Shown here one piece after another: positions 8,744 through 15,384 of a DNA stretch of 64,000 nucleotides (within the stretch, counting starts at the first letter, position 1; each line of letters opens with the position of its first letter). The DNA is taken from positions 8,572 through 72,571 of the forward strand of contig CAZOGU010000001.1 of the NCBI GenBank assembly GCA_964579625.1, in the 5' to 3' direction. The notes under the pieces were generated by a model that saw nothing but the letters and a program-made list of their open reading frames with translations, was not told where the DNA came from and searched no databases. This stretch comes from an uncultured Pseudobdellovibrionaceae bacterium. GTDB lineage: Bacteria > Bdellovibrionota > Bdellovibrionia > Bdellovibrionales > JAGQZY01. A program made the translations under genes and the position numbers.

Positions 8744-10189
8744 CTACTTTTTAACTTCCTGACCTTGGATAAACACCGTCTTGATCTTCTGAGTGTTGGC
8801 GATACTTTCGATGGGACTTTCCGACAAAAGAACAAGATCCGCGGAAGAGCCGATGCGAAGTGTGCCCGAATTTCCATTTAAGAATTTTCTCGAATTGATC
8901 GTTGAGGTGCGGAGGGCTTGCCACGGAGTGGCTCCAAACTCGACCATTTTCATCAACTCTCGATGTAAACTATAGCCGTGCATGGTTCCACTATTTCCGC
9001 TGTCCGAACCGCTTAAAATCAAGATCTTTGCATCCATTAAAGACCGAAAAGATTTTTTTTGCGTTTCCCTCTGATTGTGTTGATCTCCCCAACGCACCCA
9101 TCCTTTGTCCTCATCCGAGTAAGCTGAGAAATCAAGGTACGTATTCAGAAAAGAAACGGGAGAGACCTGAGCCAGTGGATAGGAAATAAAATCTTTTGCA
9201 AAAGCTGCATCTTCCATGTGACCGAAGTCGGAATAGATCGACATCGTGGTAATCACAGCCACATTCTGCTTACGAAGAGCCTTAAGTGTAGACGCTGGAG
9301 CCGCATCATGAGGAAGGTGCGTAACAGCGTCAACACCGAGCTTGGCTAAAGCTTCAACAGCCTCCCAAGACCCAACATGTGCAATGGCTTTGACTGAATT
9401 TTTGTGAGCCGTCTCGATGATTGTTTGTGCGATCGTCAAAGGCAAAACAGTGGGACGATCTGTCGGAGCGTCTTTGTGAGTGTCGTAGATAAATTTAACA
9501 ACATCAGGATTTGCCTGATCAATCAGATTTTGAACTTTCTTTGCAACCGAACGAGCCACATTTTTTAATTCTTTCTCGCTAAGAAGCTTGCCGCTCTCAT
9601 CTGTCACTTCGAAAGAAAGTGCATCCGGAAATCCATAAACGCCATGACCGCCTTTAGCCACGAAGAGGGGACCAGAGAGGTAAATGTGAGGAGCAAGAAG
9701 ACTTTGTTTCTGCTGTTTCTCACGAAGTTCGAAGTGATCGCTGCCAAAAGTTTTTTCGGGAGTGTCTCCATATTTGCTCGACGAAAACAGATCAAGGTAC
9801 GTTGTGATTCCCGCCTGCAAATAGCGAAAAGCCATGTCTTCCTGGGTGCTGAATTCATGATAGTTTTCTTCATAAGCATGAGCGGGCGGCGTATTATCGC
9901 CAAAGTTGTGAATATGCATGTCGGCAAGCCCAGGGATCAACCAAAGACCCTGAGCATAGAACACCTGGTCCGCATTGAGAGGGCCGGAGGAGCCTCTTAT
10001 GATTTTAACAATTTTTCCATCCTTAACCAGAACAGAACCGAGACGTTCTGTTTCCTTTTCAGGATCCACAAGCGTAGCGCCCACAATCGCGAGAGTTTCC
10101 TCTGCGGAGACTTTTGCCTGTGCTGAAGAAAAAATGGCAGTTGAAATGAATAAAACGATAGCGATTGAATGTATAAATAGTGTTTTCAT
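8744..10189 (-). CDS. secreted amidohydrolase-family metal-dependent hydrolase
   Basis: Signal peptide, the metal-binding DMHIHN motif, and ...GSDSGN... with overall amidohydrolase length. Confidence 0.75.
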   Translation of the reverse strand: MKTLFIHSIAIVLFISTAIFSSAQAKVSAEETLAIVGATLVDPEKETERLGSVLVKDGKIVKIIRGSSGPLNADQVFYAQGLWLIPGLADMHIHNFGDNTPPAHAYEENYHEFSTQEDMAFRYLQAGITTYLDLFSSSKYGDTPEKTFGSDHFELREKQQKQSLLAPHIYLSGPLFVAKGGHGVYGFPDALSFEVTDESGKLLSEKELKNVARSVAKKVQNLIDQANPDVVKFIYDTHKDAPTDRPTVLPLTIAQTIIETAHKNSVKAIAHVGSWEAVEALAKLGVDAVTHLPHDAAPASTLKALRKQNVAVITTMSIYSDFGHMEDAAFAKDFISYPLAQVSPVSFLNTYLDFSAYSDEDKGWVRWGDQHNQRETQKKSFRSLMDAKILILSGSDSGNSGTMHGYSLHRELMKMVEFGATPWQALRTSTINSRKFLNGNSGTLRIGSSADLVLLSESPIESIANTQKIKTVFIQGQEVKK

Positions 10190-10296
10190 TATTTTGAAAT
10201 AAAACTCAAAAATGAAAAGAACAACGTGTTTAGTAAATGCGACTGATTTCTGAAACTTTTATACTTCACATAAAAAACGAAATTGGCAGAATTACT

Positions 10297-10372
10297 GGCG
10301 ATGAGGAAGCAAGATTCTTCGCTTCGCTCAGAATGACGTATGGGGCTTCGTTAGGTTGACTGGAATTGCGTC
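10297..10372 (-). repeat. short extragenic repeat, copy B (core AAGATTCTTCGCTTCGCTCAGAATGACG)
   Basis: Lies directly 3' of fliW. Same orientation as copy A. The stem is ATTCT/AGAAT, a compensatory C-to-T and G-to-A change relative to copy A. Confidence 0.55.
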
Positions 10373-10381
10373 TATAACAGT

Positions 10382-10403
10382 AAAAGGGACTTGGTCCCTT
10401 TTT
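10382..10403 (-). terminator. hairpin overlapping the fliW stop (AAAGGGAC-CAA-GUCCCUUU)
   Basis: Perfect 8-9 bp stem with flanking A/T runs on both sides. The downstream U content on the minus strand is only moderate. Confidence 0.45.
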
Positions 10404-10926
10404 AGATGGTCTTGTCGGCGCCCGGAAGTTTTACGGCTACGCCAGAATCAACGGCTTTGCTCTTGATCGCGCTTGGACTGTTTTGTACCACGCGCTGTTG
10501 AAGGCGCGTGAAGATGGGCTCGCGGATTTCCAGTTTGTTGTCCTGAAGCACGCACTGACGACCCATTTTTTGCGCGATGTTGATGATGATCGGCGCTTTT
10601 AAATTGGCCGTCATCATGGTTGGGTCTTCGGGAATCGTAATAATGCAAAATGAGCGAAGGCCTGTTTTGTCTTCGACATTTAAAGATTTAAGATCGCTCT
10701 TTGTTAATGTCAGCTGAAAGGTGTCTGAGAAAAGTTCGGGCTCTAGTATTGGAAAGGCAATGCTTGGTTCGTCGCAACTTTGTAGCCAGGCAAAGATTTC
10801 GTCGCTTGGATCATCCAGTAACACAAAACGATCTAGATCTGAAAAACCCAGCAATCCTTCTGGGAAGTGGAGGACGTCGTCCTCACCAACAGTGATATTT
10901 CCAAAACGCGAAGTTTGGATCTGCAT
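10402..10926 (-). CDS. fliW: flagellar assembly factor FliW (CsrA antagonist)
   Basis: MQIQTSRFGNITVGEDDVLHFPEGLLGFSDLDRFVLLDDP...FAWLQS is typical of FliW. GGAGGGGGAAAUG marks the start at 10926. The track start at 10992 lacks an RBS. Confidence 0.85.
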   Translation of the reverse strand: MQIQTSRFGNITVGEDDVLHFPEGLLGFSDLDRFVLLDDPSDEIFAWLQSCDEPSIAFPILEPELFSDTFQLTLTKSDLKSLNVEDKTGLRSFCIITIPEDPTMMTANLKAPIIINIAQKMGRQCVLQDNKLEIREPIFTRLQQRVVQNSPSAIKSKAVDSGVAVKLPGADKTI

Positions 10927-11126
10927 TTCCCCCTCCAAAAACAACCAACAGCTCCCCAGGATAAACTCCGGTGCCTCCCATGGAGACAACACAAAGCGCC
11001 GAACGGTTAACCAAATAGTAGTCGTTCCAGTGAAAATAATTCAAGGATTTTCTTTAGGGAGAGAAGGTTGGAGACAGGATTTCGACAACACGCGCAAAGA
11101 ATTGAGGCCTTAGATCCGCCTCCGTC

Positions 11127-11360
11127 TTACTGGGGATCTTTGAGCATCTTTGCGACGTCTTTGGCTTTGTCGGAGGTCGTCGAAATGGACTGCTTGTTTT
11201 GCTCCTGAATCGACAAATAGACTTCTTCGCGATGGATTTTAGTGTCTTTTGGGGCTTCAATTCCCAAGCGAACTTGCTTGCCCTTGATTTGAACGACACG
11301 AATTTTGATGTGATCGTCGATTGCGATACTTTCGCCAATTTTTCTTGTGAGAACTAACAT
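11127..11360 (-). CDS. csrA: carbon storage regulator CsrA (FliW-partnered type with C-terminal extension)
   Basis: MLVLTRKIGESIAIDDHIKIRVVQIKGKQVRLGIEAPKDTKIHREEVY is near-canonical CsrA. Confidence 0.95.
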   Translation of the reverse strand: MLVLTRKIGESIAIDDHIKIRVVQIKGKQVRLGIEAPKDTKIHREEVYLSIQEQNKQSISTTSDKAKDVAKMLKDPQ

Positions 11361-11450
11361 AAAGCTCCTTCAACATCCTGGTCAAAGCTCAGCTTGCGTA
11401 ATGATTTACGCTTCTGCCCAGTAATAAACCGAGTGTCTTTGCTATTATCA

Positions 11451-12476
11451 CTACCTCAGAAAGTCAAGGAGTGTTGTCTTGAGCATTTTTCCGGATGTGG
11501 AAAGAGAGGCCTCAAGTTGCGTTTGCGTTTTGGTTAAATTATTCACCAAGTCGTACATATCAACGTCTTCGATTTCAGACTGGATGACCTTCGAGTCGAC
11601 ATGCAATTTTTGTAAAGTTTCCAAACCGGTGTTGAGCGAAGACACTCGCGAGCCCAACTCACCGCGTGCCATATTCACTTGCGATATTGCGGAATCTAAA
11701 TATTCCAAAGAGTTTTGCACAACAGATTTATCATTGGCGCGCAAACCGACTTCGAGGTCCCGTAGGGCTTCAAAGATGTTTACGGACTGCGGCCCCCAAG
11801 CTCCTTGAGTGCTGTTGGTGATTGTTTGTGACGTTGGAGACAGGGGATCTTGCGAACTTGGGCCGCGCAACTCCGCCTTGGTTTTATCGTCCTGAATGGT
11901 TTCCTGAACTGGCAAAGGCTGATGAAGTTTTTTGCCCATAAACACAACGCTGCCTGGAAGGTTGGTTGTGATGAAGGCATCTTTTTCGATTTGCACTTCG
12001 ATTTCGGCGTCGTCGCCAAAATAGGTGCCCGTCATATCAAATGGTGTCGTCAGACTCTTGTAACCGCCAAAAAGAAAGCGATCGCCAAAGCGACGATTGG
12101 CAATGTTCACCATTTGCTCGTAAATCTGACGAACTTCTCCAGCCACGATTCGACGAGACTCCGCACCATTGGCAGAATCATCCGCCTGATCAATTGCAAG
12201 TTCCTTGGCGCGAATTAAAAGTTCACTGGCTTGCGAAAGGGACTGCTCGGAGTATTCCACAAACTCTTTGGCTGATAAAATATTTCGTTTGTACTGTTCA
12301 AACCCTTGCATCTCGGTTTTCTTTTCCAAAATGCGAGCGGCTCCGAGCGGATCATCGGATGGTTTGTTAATGCGCTTTTGCGAAGCGGCCTGGTTTTGGT
12401 AAACCATCATATCCTGACGATTTTTATTAATCGCATTCAATGATTGATTGTAATTCATTTTATCAGCAACACGCAT
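11451..12476 (-). CDS. flgL: flagellar hook-associated protein 3 FlgL
   Basis: Flagellin-like N-terminus (MRVADKMNYNQSL...QKRINKPSDDP) and C-terminus. Located directly after flgK. Confidence 0.8.
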   Translation of the reverse strand: MRVADKMNYNQSLNAINKNRQDMMVYQNQAASQKRINKPSDDPLGAARILEKKTEMQGFEQYKRNILSAKEFVEYSEQSLSQASELLIRAKELAIDQADDSANGAESRRIVAGEVRQIYEQMVNIANRRFGDRFLFGGYKSLTTPFDMTGTYFGDDAEIEVQIEKDAFITTNLPGSVVFMGKKLHQPLPVQETIQDDKTKAELRGPSSQDPLSPTSQTITNSTQGAWGPQSVNIFEALRDLEVGLRANDKSVVQNSLEYLDSAISQVNMARGELGSRVSSLNTGLETLQKLHVDSKVIQSEIEDVDMYDLVNNLTKTQTQLEASLSTSGKMLKTTLLDFLR

Positions 12477-12478
12477 TC

Positions 12479-13909
12479 TTAGTATCTCCGAATATTAATC
12501 ACTGTATCGAGCATTTCGTCCGCCGTGCGAATCAACCGCGCCGAGGCATCAAATTGTTTTTGCCATTCGATCATACTCGCGATCTCTTCATCGATATTGA
12601 CGCCGCTATAGCTTTCGCGAAGATTTTCGAGTTGTCGAACAACGCCCTCTTGCGACTCGAGCATATTGTTCACTTTTTGTGTGCGCAATCCGAGCTCTGC
12701 CACCATTCCATTGTAAAACTCATCAACAGAGGTCGCGCCATCGAGCATTGATTTGCTATATTGCAGCTCTCCGATTTGATTGGAAATGCGATTGTCGCCT
12801 GGACTGTTTGGATCCATTCCCGCAACGATCCGGCCCACATCTCCCATGACAGTGGGATTGATTTTAATCAGCCCCGCGGTTCCTCGTTGTTGATCGGTAT
12901 GCGCGAAGAAGTCATCACCGGGTTGATTGTAGGCATTGTAACCTTGACGATGAAGATCATTCACGCGATTACCGACCTCAAAAGCAAGCATGTCCACTTT
13001 TCTTTCGAACTCCGCGACATCGCCATCACGAACCGACAGCAATCCACCGAGTTTTCCACCCTTGATGCGATCGGTGAGAATCATCGGCTCTGCGTACTCA
13101 TGGTGATAGTATTGAATATCATAATCGCCTTCGGCTTTGTTTTCGGTGGCTGGCGTTGGAACCGCTTCCAAGCGGCGGGCTTCGTTGCCGATGACGAGAA
13201 TGGCATTTTCCGCTGTGCTGATTGTCACCGTGGAATCTTTTCCCTCGGCCCATTTGATATCAACCACTTCGCCCAATTGTTTAAGGAGGGCATCTCGGCG
13301 GTCGCGCTCGTCGTTGGCAAAACCACCGCCGATTTCGACTTTTTGAACCTGCATATTGAGTGATGCAATCTCTTGAGTCATCGAGTTGATTTCATTCACC
13401 TGAATATGCACCTGTCCGTTGGCTTCTTTACGAATGTCTTCGAGCTGCTCACTGACACGATTAAAATCACGAGTTAAAAGATCCGCACTCTCTTTGACGG
13501 CCAAGCGTTTAGCCATGTTTTCTGGATTTGTTGAGAGTTCGCGAAATGAGTTAAAAAATTTGCCGATAGAACTATTGAGTCCTTCGACTTGTTGTTCGTT
13601 GTAGACTTGTTCTAAACGCATCAACGCTGTGCTTTGCCCGTTCAAAAAACCCAATTGCGATTTTTCGCCGGCCAGTTGCTTTTCGAGATACGGATTGTTG
13701 ACTCGCTGAATACTTGCAGCACGCGCGCCGGTTCCCACGCGCATTTTTCCGGCGCCGTTTGGAAAGTTACTAAACGTCTCTGTCTTTTGGCGACTGTAGC
13801 CTTCGGTGTTTTTATTGGCAATGTTGTGAGAAACCGTATGGAGCGCCGCCTGGCTATTCATCATAGCCCGCTGACCTACATTCATCGAGGTTCCAATACG
13901 TGTCGACAT
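12479..13909 (-). CDS. flgK: flagellar hook-associated protein 1 FlgK
   Basis: N-terminus ...QAALHTVSHNIANKNTEGYSRQ and C-terminus ...ARLIRTADEMLDTVINIRR, both typical of FlgK. Confidence 0.9.
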   Translation of the reverse strand: MSTRIGTSMNVGQRAMMNSQAALHTVSHNIANKNTEGYSRQKTETFSNFPNGAGKMRVGTGARAASIQRVNNPYLEKQLAGEKSQLGFLNGQSTALMRLEQVYNEQQVEGLNSSIGKFFNSFRELSTNPENMAKRLAVKESADLLTRDFNRVSEQLEDIRKEANGQVHIQVNEINSMTQEIASLNMQVQKVEIGGGFANDERDRRDALLKQLGEVVDIKWAEGKDSTVTISTAENAILVIGNEARRLEAVPTPATENKAEGDYDIQYYHHEYAEPMILTDRIKGGKLGGLLSVRDGDVAEFERKVDMLAFEVGNRVNDLHRQGYNAYNQPGDDFFAHTDQQRGTAGLIKINPTVMGDVGRIVAGMDPNSPGDNRISNQIGELQYSKSMLDGATSVDEFYNGMVAELGLRTQKVNNMLESQEGVVRQLENLRESYSGVNIDEEIASMIEWQKQFDASARLIRTADEMLDTVINIRRY

Positions 13910-13932
13910 CCTGTCCTTTCGCGAAGTCCCTC

Positions 13933-14442
13933 TTAGACTTCTTTACTCACCAGTCGTCCCGATGTTTCCATCGAGCTCTCACTGCGCTTGCCTTTCTTCT
14001 CATAGTTCGATTTTTTATTAAGCGTATCGGTAAAGGCCTGCATCGCTCCTGCAATGTGGGACAGCGCCGACGTGGCCAACTGATCATTGTGTTTATTAAG
14101 AGTCGCTGTACGTTGAATCAGCAAATTCAACACCGTTCGAAAGCGCAAAAGCTTTTCTCTTTGCGGTCCACTGTAGGCTTGCGCAATGTCGGCTAAACGC
14201 GGAGTTTCTGACGGGAGAGAAAAAAAGCTTTGCATCTCAACCGCTACATTCATCCACTGAATTTCAAGTTCATTGATTTTTTTGAGCATCAACTCTTTGG
14301 CTTGGTTGATCTCACCGAGCACTTGCAGGTCGGCGTGAATCAATACCGCTTTTTCCCGACGAACGGTTTCAAACAGCAGACGGTAGACACGCACCAGCTG
14401 ATTGAGATTTTTTTCGAGATCTAAAAAAAGTTGCTGCTTCAT
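13933..14442 (-). CDS. flgN: FlgN-like flagellar export chaperone
   Basis: Helical protein of about 165 aa between flgM and flgK with an FlgN-like N-terminal pattern. Confidence 0.55.
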   Translation of the reverse strand: MKQQLFLDLEKNLNQLVRVYRLLFETVRREKAVLIHADLQVLGEINQAKELMLKKINELEIQWMNVAVEMQSFFSLPSETPRLADIAQAYSGPQREKLLRFRTVLNLLIQRTATLNKHNDQLATSALSHIAGAMQAFTDTLNKKSNYEKKGKRSESSMETSGRLVSKEV

Positions 14443-14450
14443 TTAGTTCC

Positions 14451-14762
14451 TTACGACGGCAGTAAAAGGTGTTCGTTCACAAGTTTATCGGCAACCGCTT
14501 CGGCGTCGACTTTGTATTCGCCAGAATCAATCATCTTTTGCAAGCGAGCCACTTTGGCCTCATCGACAGAATCTTGCGAAGCCAACTCTTTGGCTTTGCT
14601 GATTTGTCGTGCTTGTGTTGATAAATTAATTTTTGTGGCGTCCATCATTTCGGAAGGAGACACCGATGAGGCTTTGCCTCTTTTAATCCCTGGGTCTTTT
14701 GCTAAATCGCTGATGGCGCGATCATTCATGAGCCCCTGAGTTGCTTTATTATTTACTTTCAT
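14451..14762 (-). CDS. flgM: anti-sigma-28 factor FlgM
   Basis: C-terminus ...AKVARLQKMIDSGEYKVDAEAVADKL is typical of FlgM. AAGGAGGA lies 5 nt before ATG 14762. The track start at 14765 is GTG. Confidence 0.8.
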   Translation of the reverse strand: MKVNNKATQGLMNDRAISDLAKDPGIKRGKASSVSPSEMMDATKINLSTQARQISKAKELASQDSVDEAKVARLQKMIDSGEYKVDAEAVADKLVNEHLLLPS

Positions 14763-14840
14763 CACATCCTCCTTGATGACATCCCTTTTATTGTATCACA
14801 ATGAGACGTCAATTATGCGAAAACCCGACCGGTCGAGAGT

Positions 14841-15170
14841 CTATTTTTCTGTCTTTTTAGGAGGAACTGGACTCGCCACATAACGACTGTGCTGACTGGG
14901 TATTAGCTTTTCTTTCAGTTCCTTGTAAATCTTGTCTGCAAGGCCGTTCCCGCCATTGTCGACCCATTTTTCGGCGTACTGATTGTACAGTTCATCCTGG
15001 TAAATTTTTTCAGCCATAGAAGGTTCTGTCACGCGGCTGTGTTCCACCGTTTTTTTCATCGCATTGATCATCTCTTGTAAGAACTGCTGTTCGTACATCT
15101 TGGCCGCTTTTTGCAGCTGCTGATCGAGCGTTGGTGGTGTGTGTTGAGGTTTTACATTTTTAATATTCAT
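14841..15170 (-). CDS. flgJ: flagellar rod-binding protein (FlgJ N-terminal domain only, no muramidase domain)
   Basis: Rod-binding motif ...YEQQFLQEMINAMKKT...GGNGLADKIYKEL. Only 109 aa long. Confidence 0.75.
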   Translation of the reverse strand: MNIKNVKPQHTPPTLDQQLQKAAKMYEQQFLQEMINAMKKTVEHSRVTEPSMAEKIYQDELYNQYAEKWVDNGGNGLADKIYKELKEKLIPSQHSRYVASPVPPKKTEK

Positions 15171-15350
15171 AAAAAAAACAGGGGGTCAGAGTTAGACGTG
15201 CGTCCATGCACATACAGCCTTTACTAAAAGATCACGATCCATCCTTGGTTCAATGACCCGTCCCAGCCGCTCTTCTGCTCAAGAGAAACCATCCGTGGTT
15301 AATACTCTAACTCCTCTTCTCCCCCCCTGGAGCCTGCGCTCCAATTCCAA
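15171..15350 (-). ncRNA. candidate CsrA-binding structured RNA or leader in the flgI-flgJ spacer
   Basis: Read on the minus strand, the spacer has 9 GGA triplets. Three sit in hairpin loops (15287-15300, 15239-15248, 15196-15213). A long-range closing stem (15307-15329 with 15179-15195) is followed by U8 at 15171-15178. Confidence 0.4.
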
Positions 15351-15384
15351 GTCTATAGCCAATTGTGTCATTTCGAAACACTTT

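Noticed and set aside
8671-10372. The idea that the repeat-flanked amidohydrolase is a mobile element.
   Set aside because: There is no transposase, integrase, target-site duplication or terminal inverted repeat. The repeats are direct and look like 3'-UTR elements, so I did not call it a mobile element.
11050-11075. Pyrimidine tract in the csrA-fliW spacer partly complementary to the purine tract GGGAGAAGAGGAG of the 15171-15350 element.
   Set aside because: Complementarity between low-complexity purine and pyrimidine tracts arises easily by chance, and only 7 contiguous base pairs are present.
12761-13363. 200-aa plus-strand ORF inside flgK, together with similar plus-strand ORFs across flgL, flgK and flgN.
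   Set aside because: It is antisense to genes with unambiguous flagellar motifs, so I treated it as a shadow ORF.
14807-14840. A sigma-70 TTGACG -35 element and a weak GG-N10-GC sigma-54-like pattern upstream of flgM.
   Set aside because: The -35 to -10 spacer is only 11 nt. The sigma-54 match retains just the GG and GC dinucleotides.
15239-15260. GGTTCAATG, resembling a tRNA T-loop, in the flgI-flgJ spacer.
   Set aside because: There is no complementary T-stem, acceptor stem or anticodon arm. The same bases are better explained as the complement of a GGA hairpin.
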